From Rhizophagus irregularis (Eukaryota), in assembly GCF_026210795.1 (NCBI RefSeq), contig NC_089434.1:496001-560000 (forward strand): a DNA stretch of 64,000 bases, in the 5' to 3' direction. The translations under genes and the position numbers were made by a program. The notes under the pieces are model-generated. The model searched no databases, had not been told where the DNA came from, and was given only the letters and a program-made list of their open reading frames with translations. Positions 38,699 through 52,074 of the stretch are shown here, one piece after another. How positions within the stretch are numbered: the stretch's first letter is position 1; the number at the start of each line of letters is the position of its first letter.

Positions 38699-39123
38699 TG
38701 TTGTATCAGTTCTTTTACGCTTAAAAATATTAAGCAATTTATATGGTTAGGTAGCAGAAGGTTTATGTAGTGTATAGACAAACAATATATCAAAATTATC
38801 CGATCAGACGTGTTGTATAGCGCTGTATGTCGGCATATACTTCCAAACACGAATAAAGGATTTCACTTGATAAAAAACTATCAATTTATAACTTAAATAA
38901 AAACTTTTTTTTATTCCCTCCTCATTACAACAAGAAAATTGACCTATATTTATAATAAATTATACATATAAGAAGAAATTTAATATATTTACTATGTATA
39001 ATATGACTAACATGTTCAATACGTTGATCATAACCAACATGTTGATTATGTCCGACATGTCAATCAAGTTAAACATTTGCAACATCGATCAATTTCGGAG
39101 TGGCACATGACGATCACATGACA
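38699..39123 (-). repeat. 5' LTR (425 bp)
   Basis: TG...CA termini; direct repeat of 32046-32506. Confidence 0.95.
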
Positions 39124-40051
39124 CTATTTAATTAAAACCCGTGACATACCTCCGCCTGATCTATTTATGGTCAAAAACTATTCGATCCGTGTGCATTCCA
39201 ATCAACTAATCCAATTTCGGTTAATTCGGTACTAAATTTTTTTTTCGGATTCCTTTTTTTCGGAAATTTCCCTTTTTTTAAACCGATTTCTTTCTTTATC
39301 CTTTTTCTTCCCCCCAAATTTTTTTTCTTTTTCTTTCAACTTTTTCTTATTATTAAATAAAGAAATTTTTAAAATATCATTATAACATGTAGGAAAATTG
39401 ACTGACGTTGATAGAGAGATGATTAAGATTATTTCAATTAAATTGAACGCTGGATAAATTGTTTGATTTTCAAATTCATAAAAATCAAAAAAAATTGATA
39501 TTTTTACAATATTTTATAATTAATTGGTTTATTTGATAATAGGTTATTATAATCAAATCCATATCCTCCAGATTTTTAAATAAAGATTTTAATTGAAATG
39601 GTTTAGTTAAATTAATATAAAATGAGTATCAAAAGAGTAATAATAAACGAAATGAACAGATTCTAATTTTAATATTTTTCTTAAGTTGGTTATAACTTAT
39701 AAGTTTAAGATTGACGTAATATAAATAATAAGAAATAATTATAATAATATTTTCATAAAATTAAAGTTTTTTCGAAAATACTTCTAAAAAAATTAATCAA
39801 TTTTTATTAATAATTATTTTTTCACAATTCCTTAATTAATCCGAAATTTCATTCTACACTCAAACGTCAAATCATTAATAATTAATATCATTCTAATATT
39901 ATTAATATATAATTTAATACGTATTATTTTATTATTTTTTGTTAACTAATTATTACCATATTAAATTCCTAATTATAAACAAAAACCATCTTTAATTTAC
40001 TTAGTATTAAATTATGATACTAAATTTTTCTATTTAAACAAACTCATTGGT

Positions 40052-40080
40052 CCCGGTGCGAAGCAACGGGTGACTGCTAT
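40052..40080 (+). mobile_element. Possible Helitron-like 3' end (GC hairpin followed by degenerate CTRR)
   Basis: CCCGGTGCGAAGCAACGGG imperfect hairpin then TGACTGCTAT. A more decayed look-alike lies at ~60395-60440. No 5' end established. Confidence 0.3.
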
Positions 40081-40935
40081 TATAATCCTAATTTTTTTAT
40101 CAATTCGAAATTTTTTTTTTTAAAAAAAAAATTCTTTATAAATATTTTATTACATAAATATATATAAACTTCACATTAATTAAAAAATAATATCAATTAA
40201 AATATTAAATAATTAATAAATTGGAAATAGTTCTCTCAGATGTAAAAGAAATTATCGAAACTTCGAAGCTTTAGAATTGGCTAATTTAAAGAAAGAGGAT
40301 TAGAATTATAATATAGGCAAGAAATCCTATATAATTTTTTTTATAGGTAATTTAGTATTTTGCAGCTTCAATTTTTTTCACAAGTTCTGCAAGAAAATTA
40401 AAAAAAAAAAATTAAAAATTTAATAAACATGAAAAAGCTTAAATATGATTGTGTTTATAATTTATTTATTTAAAGATAAATAAATGCAACATGCTAGTAT
40501 AAGTGTATAACAAATAAAAATATTTATTTAAATTTTTATTTTCATATTTTAAAGAAGGAGCGAGCGCCATTGCATAGGACTTCAAGGGATTGAAAAAGTG
40601 TATGGCGTGGCTGGTAAAAAAGTATGTATGATTTTTTTAACTACATACGTACATCTTCTATATTTATATTTAGCAATCAAAATAGTACGTACGATTTAAA
40701 ATCATACGTACTAACAAAAATCCAATCTTATTCCATGGAATCATGGATATCTAATAAAAACTACATATCAGATATACACCGATGCTACCCCCTTTCGTGG
40801 GCCCCAGTTATTCATTGATATCTACTCTAAAAAGATTTTCGGTGGTACACAGTGGTACACGGTGGTACTCAGAAATTAAAATAAAAATGATTTCCTTAAA
40901 AATGAGAATTATTTAAATCTGTTAGACAAAACATT

Positions 40936-42244
40936 ATGACATTGGAGTTGAGTAGTCGAATCTTGACTGATTCTTATTCTAAGGCACCAGCAATTTTATA
41001 ATTGGCAAATCAGGTGAGAAGTCTTGCGTTTATAACCCCGAAGGAAAAATCATCATTTGGCTTGATAGTTTAACTAGGTTCAATTCAAACCATTGGAGAA
41101 TCGGGTAAGAAACATACGTATCGGTATTTATTTAATTCATTAATCAGCATTGACAATCAACATTTTATTTTTCAAGGATTCTAGTACTCAGATTTGTCAA
41201 AGTACTTAATCAATTTGGATGGTAAATAATATAATCTTGTTGATACACTAGGCATTTTTGATATAAAGAGACTCAATGATAAAATTCAGAATGAGATTGC
41301 ACAATCAATTGTCCAATGCAATCATGGTTTAATTGCGATTTTGTTCGTTATAGGCAAGTTCTTGCAAGAATTGACATAATAATGAACGTATTTTATTTCT
41401 ATATTCTAAATATTTTTTGTAAACAATAGATTTTAAAGCTGATGGTAGATATACAAAAGAGCAATAAACTACAACTGACGCAATTCTGAATTCCTTGGTG
41501 GTCATGAAGAATCTCGTCGTCACATAATTGTCGTTTTTACTCATTGTAGTAAGAAACAAACTGAAGACCGATTTTTTATGGAAGAAAATTTCAATGACAA
41601 CCTCAAATTATTTTTGGACAAAGTTGGAAACCGCTGGGTCATCTCACCAAATCTAGAAATTTTCAAAGACAAAATGATCCAGTTGTGGAGCGTCATATGA
41701 GTGGCCTAAAGCATAATATTAGAATATTGCCAAATCACTATACCACAAAATTTTTGAAAAAGTTAGAATTGCACGTGAGAAAGAACTGCGAGAAATTGAT
41801 CAAATGAGAAGATTTACAAACGAAAAAATAGATACCGGATTAGTCGTAGCCAAACGCATTCAAAGGTTATTCATTCTTACAGACGACAGAAGAACTGAAG
41901 TATCACAATTGAGCATCGGCGATAAAGTTTGTTGTGGCGAAAAAAATGGTAAATTGATTTTTAGTGGGATTTATGCAGTCGTCCATACAGACAATCAAAT
42001 TGTGACTCAATATCAGCGAATCGATTATCTAAAATTAGACGGCACAGAAGGTGACAAATAATTTCCAATTGATAATTTATTCTCAAATATTTTTTAATAG
42101 CATGAATCACTCTTTTTTTTTCCGATAGGCACTCTACGTCTCACTCCAAAACACCATTTATTCGTTTCTCAAGGAAAAAACCATTTTCGCTGAAGATGTT
42201 TGAGCTTATGAGACTGAGCTCTTACTTTTTGATGGCAAAAAATT
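40936..42244 (+). pseudogene. 5' part of the broken type-A GIN1-like gene, inverted relative to the other A genes
   Basis: ATG 40936 (MTLELSSRILTDSYSKAPAIL), VDT, GRYTKEQ, VGNRWVISPN, LSIGDKVCCGEKNGK, LRLTPKHHLF. Frameshifts, partial loss of G1 and of the GGCF junction. Ends at ...FDGKK (42244), exactly where the 31217 fragment begins. Confidence 0.88.
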
Positions 42245-43464
42245 TAATGATTATAAATATCAGTTATATATTAATTGGGATTTATTTGATTATTTCTTTA
42301 TCTTATTGGATGTGCATTTAAAAAGAATATAACTAAAAATACTGTATATTGTTATTTTAATTACCTATAACTATATTAATCACGTTCATTTCCCTTTTTT
42401 GTGAGCCTTTTCCTTTAACAACATTTTGAATATCATCCGCTATTATTGTCTTTTTCGTTTTTTTTTTTAATTTCATTGCTTCAGATTTTGCTAAAATATT
42501 TAATGATTTCGAAAATTTTGATTCTCTAATTCTTATTTTGTTATATCCCTTTCTGGAATTTTCTCTTTTCGTGAAATCGAAATTTTATTTTCCATCTCTT
42601 ATTAAATTTTTTTAATAAAATGATGTTTCTTAATGGTAACCCGTGTTTTTGTGTAAAAAGGCTTCATGTTTAATTTTCTTCTCTTTTTTTTAAAAAAAAA
42701 GCCAAACCGAGAAAAGTTCAGCGAGAAAAAATTTTTTTTTTTTTTTTGCGTAAAACATAAATCTGAAATTAATTTTTTTTTGGCCCATTAGAATGAAACA
42801 CTTTGCTGATTCATGATTCATTAATTGATAATATTTGAAGATTAGATATTGTTACAAATTTGGCTAACGAAAAAAGGAAAGTTTGAAAGAAAAAGAAAAA
42901 AATTTCGGTTTAAAAAACCACCTGAAAAAGAAAAAAAAAATCGGGTCACGCGTTTCACATTAACACAATTCAATTTATTTATACAGGAGGATAATCTAAA
43001 CGTCAAAGAATTTTTTTAAAATAAAATATAAAATTTGTAAATCCAAATATTGTGCATGACTGAATTCTTAAGGTATCATAATAAAGAGCGTAACAATCAA
43101 AACCGAGAATAAAATTGATATTGTATACTTTCTCTTTGGGCTCATTGTGTATATATCAGTAATATCATTATGCAATCTTTTTTTTATTTTAATGTGCTCT
43201 ATAAAAGCTACAAAATAAAAAAAAAATTATCAAATTCTGATATAGATCATATACTGTGTATACGATCAAATTTCAAAATCAATTCTACTTGTCTTTAATG
43301 CCATTGAGAAGACCACTCACTTATCATGTACAGGAATAACAGCGTACATTTATAGCAATAAATAAATTCAACAAAATTAAAAATGTTTATTTAATGACGC
43401 TTATAAGGTTAAAACAAAATTAAACATACAGTAGATCTAATAAAATTGGCATAACTAAACTACT

Positions 43465-45230
43465 TCACGATCTTTTAATAATCATGTTAAAATAATCTAT
43501 TTGCTCGAGAATCCATTGACCTCGTTTCAAGTAACGAATATAAGGATGAATTTCTTTACTACACTCAGGAGTGGGCATGATCCATGAGTAGAGGCGGAAA
43601 GAAATCATTACGAAATCGATGATCGCTTGATAAGGTGGAGCAACAGCATAGCACGAGCAAAGTATATCATCAACAACAATTTTACCACTTTGTGTAAAAG
43701 GAGCAGTGTAACCAAGTTCCCATTCCTCAAATTAATCAAAGTGAAAATGAACAAAAAAAGGTTAATACGTATAAAGAAATTTATTAAATACGGAAAACGT
43801 AAGATTAATTATTACTCTTGTAACCCGATGTGGAATCACAGGAATTAATTTTTTGCCATCAAAAAGTAAGAGTTCAGTCTCATGAGCTCGAACATCTTCA
43901 GCGAAAATGGTTTTTCCTTGAGAAACGAATAAATGGTGTTTTGGAGTGAGACGTAGAGTGCCTATTCGAAAAAAACGAGTGATTTATGCTTAGAAAGTAT
44001 TTGAGAAACATTTAATTAGATATTTATTTATCACCTTCAGTGCCGTCTAACTTTAGATAATCGATCCGCTGATATTGAGTATCAGTTTGGTTGTCTGCAT
44101 GGATGATTGCATAAATCTCGCTAAAAATCAATTTACCATTTTTTTCTCCACAAAAAACTTTGTCGCCGATGCTCAATTGTGACGCTTCAATTCTTTTGCC
44201 GTTTGCGAGAATAACCTCTGAACGCAGAGAAAAACAAGTACCCTTTTTTTTCACTTCTTCTTTGGCTACGACGGTTCCTGCATCTATTTTTTCACTTGTT
44301 TTTACCAATCCAGTTTTATTCTCATTTGATTCAATTTCTTGCAGTTCTTTCTCACGTGCAATTCTAACATTATCAAACAATTCTGTGGTATAGAGATTTG
44401 GCATTAGCCTAATATAATGTTTTAGGTCATCCATGTGACGCTCCACAACTGGATCATTTTGTCTTTTGAAAATTTCTAGATTTGGCGAGATGACCCAGCG
44501 GTTTCCGACTTTGTCCATAAATGATTTAAGGTTGATATTGAAATTATTTTCCATATAAACTCGGTCTTCTGTTTGTTCTTTTTTACACTTGGTAAACACA
44601 ACAATTATATGACGACAAGATTCTTGACCAAGGAATTTCAGGGTTTCATTAGTAATATCTTGAAACTCTCGTCCAATTTTTTCCCAAGCTTGAAAAGTTG
44701 TTGTATACAAAATAAACATTCAGGATATCATAGAAATAAAACACGCTCATTAATACTTACAATAACTTACCTAAGACATATAAAATCGCTGATATACCAT
44801 GACAACATTGGACAATTGACTGTGCAATCTCATTTAGGACTTCACGGTCGGGTTTCTGTGTATCAAAAATACCCGGTGTATCAACAAGATTATATTCTTT
44901 ACCATTTATATTTATTAAAGTACTTTGACAAATCTGGGTGAGAGAATCCTTGAAAAATAAAATGCCAGTTGTCAACGTTAATTAATTAATTATATAACAT
45001 ACCGATACTAGTTTCTTACCGAACCATCCGATGTTTGGAACTTTTCTTCTCCAATCAACATATTTGCCAATGTACTTTTTCCCGCACCTAGTTAAATCTG
45101 TTGAGCCAAATAATAATTTTCCTTCGGATTTTTATGCGCAAGACTTCTGACCTGTTTTACCAAATAGTAAAATTGCTGGTGCCGTAGAATAAGGGTCAGT
45201 CAACATTCGACTACGAAGCTCCAACGTCAT
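43465..45230 (-). CDS. GIN1: GIN1-like type A (A2): AIG1-type NTPase + Hog domain; 6 exons
   Basis: MTLELRSRMLTDPYSTAPAILLFGKT|GAGKSTLAN, NLVDTPGIFD, VVFTKC, junction KKGT|CFS, LTPKH, LCSCY, EIHPY. TGA 43465-43467. Confidence 0.9.
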
Positions 45231-45418
45231 AATATTTTCGTCAGAATTAAAATACAAATGATTTTCTTAAAAATGAGGATTATTTAATTTTGCTAGTGTA
45301 CCACCGTGTACAGTACTACCGAAAATAGGGGTATGTTTCAGAATGCTTATTTTAGGAATTAATAGTCATTTTTGTTTTTTACTTGATCGACAACCTAATT
45401 GAAGCCTTGTCTCCTAAG

Positions 45419-47174
45419 ATGTCTCTTCAGCAAGACTCTTCAAGTAATACTAATTCAGATATTCCTGTCATACTGTTGGTAGGAAAATCCGGTAAGAACT
45501 TATGACGTAATGTCAATTGTTGTTTATAAATATAATTTCATTTCTCTTTTTTTTTAAAAAAAAAAATCAAGGTGCTGGTAAAAGTACTCTGGGAAATTTG
45601 CTCTTAGGTCGAAATGAATTTGCTGTTTCAGACTCAGCTGTGAGTAATTATAATTAATATAATAGAGACTTTTAAAAACAAATCGGGACGAAATTCTTAC
45701 ATAATGTAAATTTTAATAAGGAATCTTCGCTACAAGTGTGTCAAACTGCCTTGATTGAAATAAATAATAAAACGTTCAATCTTATTGATACTCCTGGAAT
45801 TTTTGATACTGGTAAAACGGATCAAGAAATCTTGAAAGAAACAGGCCAAGCAATCTTGCAATGCGTTTATGGAATTCAAGCCATTATTTTTGTCATGGGT
45901 ATGTAGAATTTTTCACATTCTTTATACAGAGTCTTTCAAATGGTTGAAAAAGTTTTCTTACTTTAGAGGCAACACGTTTTACTAAGGAACAGAGAGATAC
46001 TATCAATCAAATTGAAAAATATCTTGGCCCGGATTCGCTGAATCACATGATTGCAGTGTTTTCAAAATGCAGAAAGGCTCCGACAATAGACCCTGACTTG
46101 CTCTTTAATTCATTAGCCCAAGAACAAAAGGATTTTCTCAATAGTATTGACAATAGATTCACTATATCTCCTAATCTCGAGATTTTTGAAGAACCAGACG
46201 ACCCAATTGTCGCGCGCCACATTAAAAACCTCAAGAACTACATTGCTGATATTCCAAATTTCTACACAACAGCTTCCTTTGAAAAAGTTTGCATGGAAAT
46301 TGAACGTCGACATTTGGAGGAAACACGAGAAAATACGAAAAAAAATTCTCAGCAATCACGTGCAATTGCTGGTTATAACAATATGGTGCGTGAAGCAGCA
46401 GGTTGTTTTGCTGCACATTCAAAGGTTACTCTGCAAAATGGCAATGTCGCCAACATTTCGGAACTTGTTATTGGAGATTATGTATGTTGTGGTTTTGAGA
46501 ATGGGAAGCAAATCTTCAGCGAAGTGTTTTTATTTATCCATGCTGATCACGATGCAGTGACTGAATTTCTATTAATTGATTTCATGAAACAAGATGGAAC
46601 ACAAGGTAATTATTTCATTAATATATTTATATATACTACCTAAAATTTAAGTATTTACTTTACTTAATCAACTTAATTTACAAAGGAACCTTTTGCGTTA
46701 CTCCTGAGCATCACATTTTCTTGAATGATGGTGGGACTGATTTTGCCAAAAATATTATACCAAACAAAACTCAATTTTTTATTTCCAGCAGAGAGAAATT
46801 GATTCCCGTTACTTCAACCCGTATAACAAAAGTTAATATTTTTTTTTTTCTGAAAATTTCTAATTGGTTGCACACTTAAAAGATCAGACCCTAATCTCTT
46901 TATTTCATTTAATAAGGAACGAAAAAAAGGTTATTATAGTCCTTTGACTCGAAGTGGAACTATTCTTGTGGATGAGATTCTTTGTTCTTGTTATTCCTCT
47001 GCGCCTCCTTATCAAGCCTTATTTAATTTTGTCTTTGCGCCATTAAAAATCTACACAAAAATTTTTCCTTCTAATTATCTAGATAAAGAGATTCATCCTT
47101 ATGTGAAATTCTTAAATAGAGGCCGCAAGATAGTAGAATTCCTTGACTATTTAAATATTCCTCGATCTCTTTAA
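45419..47174 (+). CDS. GIN1: GIN1-like type B (B2): AIG1-type NTPase + Hog domain; 6 exons
   Basis: MSLQQDSSSNTNSDIPVILLVGKS|GAGKST, LIDTPGIFD, EATRFTKEQ, junction EAAG|CFAAH, VTPEH, GYYSPLTRSGTILVDEILCSCY, EIHPY. Stop at 47174. Confidence 0.9.
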
Positions 47175-47680
47175 ATTTAAAAAGATAGTGTTGTGATTTA
47201 TTCTAATAATAAAATTAAAGCTTATTACAAATCTTAAAATACTATATATAATGATACAAACAAGTTTTTATAAAGAGTTTATAACATTGCTGTTAATTCT
47301 TTAAAATTTTCTTTATTATCCCATCGGTAAAATATTGGCCGGTTCATCACTTGAATTGTCATAATTTTCATTTCCTCTTAATATGTTCATCCGATGATAA
47401 GATTTAATTAACTGTTATTATTTTTACTACAAATTGTTTTACACTAAGAAATTATTATTATGATTTATATGATAGTTTCAGTTCATTGGAGCAATACGGC
47501 ATCAATTCTTCTTCATTTTAGAAATTGTGTAATATATTATCTCTTTAAAGGAAAAAATTAAGCTTAGATAATTTATAAATTAATGTTGAACATCTATCTT
47601 TAACCTTGAAAGCATATTTATTTAATTGAAATTTATCCAAAGAAAATTTTATATATTTTTAAGAAAAAAGTCACTTTATA

Positions 47681-48869
47681 TAGAGCTGCAACCCGTTACC
47701 CGTTTATCCGGATACGATCCGGGTATACTCGGGTATTTATGAGTATCCGAGCCATGGAATAGCAAATGGGTAAAAATGGGTAATGCCCGTTTTTGTATCC
47801 GTTTTGTGTGATACACATATACTGTAAGGGCTGGATTTACCTAGTGAAATTATTAATTTTTGGGGCGCAGGATTATATTTAAATTTACTGCGGTCTGAAA
47901 TGACGTTAAACTATTGGGTATTTTATGACTTTCCCAGCGTAACCTGAAAAAAAAGTCACGAAAAATCACGTGACCTTTTTTGTCACAACCGGCACACCCC
48001 ACTGCGTTTCCATTTTTCTATAAGTATCTGAGGGACAGTTTTTTTCGAGTAGGTAAAACTTATTCGTCACTACTTATTCGTCACATGTGCGCCACACTTA
48101 ATTTCAGTCAAGTTGCGTAATGCCGGCCATTTCGTGACATTTTTTTCAGGTTACGCGTATTTTATTTACTGCGTCCGAAATGACGTTTAAGCTAGCGGTT
48201 TATTTTTATTGGCTATTAGAGAATCGGGTAGATCATCAATTATCATGTGCGAGAGAAGGCAGGAGAATCATTTATAAAATCGTATTTCGTAGAATAACCA
48301 ATCTCTAATTTTGTTTACTACTGTATATTACTCTTTAGAAAAAGGGAATTATTATTTATGTACAGCTAATTTCAAAAAGGTCGGGACATTTAGCAAATTT
48401 TAAAGAACTCGGAAATATTCGGTAAAGATAAAATTATACCACCATTCTCGGAACAGTACTCTAAAATTAGCGTATAATTTACATAAGTGCCCCGTACATT
48501 ATGAAATCGGCTGTAATTGGTTCTTTAGTTATTTAAATATATTAAATATATTAATTGAAGTTTAAAAGATTAATAATCTTGGAAATTCTTTTCTTTCTTG
48601 AATTAAATTTTGCCAGAGTTAAGATGTTAACTCTGGCCAAAATTTTAATGCCGGCCGGAATTAAGGGTTATATGGATTTTTGCTTGGCCGAATGAAATTT
48701 TATTAAATCTGCCCAAAATTATAATATTCGGCCGGAATTAAGTGGTGTGTTGACGGCCTTTAACAACACTTATTTAATAATTTTAGTTTAAACAATATCA
48801 AAGTAATAAATATCTTGATTTGTATATTTATTGATCCGGATCCAGAAATTCTGATGGGTCGCAGCTCTA
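47681..48869. mobile_element. Non-autonomous hAT-like element containing a decayed Tc1/mariner-like MITE (~48363-48513)
   Basis: TIR TAGAGCTGCAACCC / GGGTCGCAGCTCTA with ATCCGGAT-type subterminal repeats. No matching TSD seen. Absent from the paralogous 29580-29625 block. Confidence 0.6.
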
Positions 48870-50287
48870 TTAACCAAGTATCTACAACTGCAGCAAGTGC
48901 AGCAAGTTGTCAATTGGTTGGTTCCTCGTTTTCTAACAAGACTACGAATATAAATATCGTATGATTCTTTTATATTAGTAAATTAAAAATGGCGTTCTAT
49001 TTTCTCTAATATTAAATTAAAATTTAAATTAACCATACCGGATACTGGATAAAACCGCTACGACCAAACATTATGTTAAATATAGCTTTTATAACAATAA
49101 ATTATTAAATTTGTTAAAATGCAGTATTATTCTTTACAATCAACTTTAATAACTCTAATATATTTTAGTTCTAAAATTAATATCTCCTTTAAATCCTGTT
49201 TTAGCACAGGATAAAAAAATTATAATTTTATAATAGTATAACTGTTCAACACTTTTTCATGTTTTTTTTTTACGCCAAATAGCCATGAATAATATAGATA
49301 TTTGAATCTGAATTTTGTTATAATGAAACAATTTCAAATAATGATAATAAGTTATCAACGTGTTTGATCCCGGCATTTATAGTTAAGGCATCCGCTTGTC
49401 GTTTCTCTTAAATTTTTACATGGTATAATGAAATACAAAATTTGTAAAATCCAAATACTGTACATGATTGAATTGAGGATTCATTTAAGGTATCATGTTA
49501 AAAATGAGTAATAATTATAAATCGAGAAATCGTATAATGAATGCGAAAATATGAATAACCATAGGAAAACTATTATTACACCTTATTCACTTATTCTAAA
49601 GACTAAAATTTGGTTCAAATTTCCTTTGAAATATGGCATATATATTGAATTAGAAAGTTCCTGTCTGTTTATTTCTTTATTGCGATACATTTTTGATTTG
49701 CAAAAGCTGTTATGATCGTAGTAAATTATTTTTTTATTTGTTGAGTATAAATGACAAAATTTTATAACTTTAATAATAGAGAAAGAAGACGAAGAAAAAA
49801 TATTTTGGGACATAAAATGATCTATTTTGAGCTTACTGGTCAGTAATACAATGGAGAAATTACTTTATCAGGCATTTACTATTGATGATTTATGTTTAGC
49901 ACAAATGAATGTAAGCCTGATAAAACAGTTACTCAGCACAAAGTTCAGATACTGTATCTATTGAACAACTTCTCATCAGTTTCATTACTAATTCAATTAA
50001 ACATTTCCTTTAAATATATGCCCAATTTCCGTGTTTTTAATATCATTAAGAAAAGCACTAATTATTCATAGGAATAACATTAACAAATATTTCGATCCTA
50101 TGAAGGTGAAAGGTAAATTTAAACCTTCGAGAGCATATCGACAACAACCGAACAACTTGATTATTGCAAATTTGCTCAATTTTAAATTCAATAAAATTAA
50201 CAAAATTAACGAAATTAAAAAAGTTTATTTAATATATAACATTGTTAATTAAATAGATAAAATAAATATAATAGAATATGATTGTAT

Positions 50288-52074
50288 TCATGCTCTTTTA
50301 ACAATCGTGTTAAAATAATCTATCTGTTCGAGAATCCATTGACCTCGTTTCAAGTAACGAATATAAGGATGAATTTCTTTCTTACAATCAGGATTGGGTA
50401 TAATCCATAAGTAGAAGCGGAAAGAAATCATTACGAAATTAATGACTTGCTGATAAGGTGGAGCAACAGCATAACACGAGCAAAGTATATCGTCAACAAC
50501 AATTTTACCACTTTGTGTAAGTGGAGCAGTGTAACCAACTTCCCATTCCTTTAAGTTAATTAAAGCGGATTGAAAAAACGTTAATATAAAGCAAATTTAT
50601 TAAAATATGGAAACGTAAGATTAATTACCTTTGTAACCCGATGTGGAATAACAGGAATTAATTTTTTGCCATCGAAAAGTAAGAGCTCAGTTTCGTAAGC
50701 TCGAACGTCTTCAGCAAAAATTGTTTTTCCCTGAGAAACGAATAAATGGTGTTTTGGTGTGAGACGTAGGACGCCTATTAGAAAAAAAGATGACACAATG
50801 TTATTATGATACATTTAATAATGAATGATTTAAATTGGAAGTTAATTTTTATTACCTTTTGTGCCATCTGACTTTAGATAATCGATCCGTTGATATTGAG
50901 TCGTGGTCTGATTGTCTGTATGGATGACTGCATAAATCTCGCTAAAAATCAATTTACCATTTTTCTCTCCACAAAAAACTTTATCACCGATGTTCAATTG
51001 TGACACTTCAATTCTTTTGCCGTCTGCAAGGATAACCTTTGAATACAGAGAGAAACAACCACCTCCATTATCTTCGAATCCTTCCTTGGCTGCGTTGATT
51101 CCTGCGTCTATTTTTTTATTTGTTTCTACTACCCCAGTCTTTTTCTCGTTTGATTCAATTTCTTGCAATTCTTTCTCACGTGCAATTCTAACTTTTTCAA
51201 ACAATTCTGTGGTATAGGGTTTTGGCATCATTTTAATGTAATATTTTAAGTCATTCATATGACGCTCCACAACCGGATCATTTGGTTTATCAAAGATTTC
51301 CGGATTCGGAAAGATGACCCAGCGATTTCCGACTTTTTCCAAAAACGTTTTGAAGTAGTCACCAAAATCATCTTCCATTTTATACCGGTCTTCAGTTTGT
51401 TTTTTATTACATTTAGTAAAAACAACAATCATATGCCTACTAGATTCTTTTTCGCCGAGGAATTTCAGGATTACGTCAGTTGTAGCTTTTTGCTCAAGGG
51501 TGTCTTTGCCCCATTCTTGAAAATTTACAATAAATGAGTATTTGGAATATTTACTGTAAATAATCACTAATTACGGTAAATGTAACGTCGATTATTATTT
51601 GTTTACCTATAACATACAAAATTGCTATGGTACCATGACTGCATTGGACAATTGATCGCGCAATTTCTTTCAGGGTTTCATCATTTGGTTTTCTTACATC
51701 AAAAATACCCGGGGTATCAACAAGGTTGTATTCAATACATTCATCATCATGCAATTTAATTAGATCACATTGACAAAACTGGGTACAAGATTCCTTGAAA
51801 TAAAATGCTGAATATCAATATCGGTCAGTATATTAGATACTAAAAAATAGCTACGTTTTCTTACTTACTCGACTATCTGACGTTTTGAACTTTTCATCAT
51901 CTTCAAACAGTTTATTTGCCAACGTGCTTTTTCCCGAGCCTAATTAAACCATTTTAGGTTAAACTTCAATTTTTCATTTGGATTTTTATTCTCACCTGTT
52001 TTGCCAATTATCAGAATTGCTGGCGCCGAAGAATAAGGGTCCGTCAAAATTCTCCTACGAAGATCCAATGTCAT
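50288..52074 (-). CDS. GIN1: GIN1-like type A (A3): AIG1-type NTPase + Hog domain; 6 exons
   Basis: MTLDLRRRILTDPYSSAPAILIIGKT|GSGKSTLAN, NLVDTPGIFD, VVFTKC, junction NGGG|CFS, LRLTPKHHLF, LCSCY, EIHPY. TGA 50288-50290. Confidence 0.9.

Larger units (their letters stand above)
32046..39123 (-). mobile_element. Full-length Ty3/Gypsy LTR retrotransposon with disabled coding region
   Basis: TG...CA LTRs at 32046-32506 and 38699-39123; 4-bp TSD CTAT (32042-32045, 39124-39127). PBS TGGTGCCTTCTGCCAG next to the 5' LTR; PPT AGGGAGGGATGA next to the 3' LTR. Domain order gag-PR-RT-RH-IN. Confidence 0.95.

Noticed and set aside
25523..51537. Recurrent antisense ORFs over GIN1 exons (25523-25729, 27638-27973, 44160-44393, 46113-46355, 50990-51217 etc.)
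   Set aside because: Shadow frames of the conserved sense exons; their recurrence follows from paralogy and they carry no independent motif.
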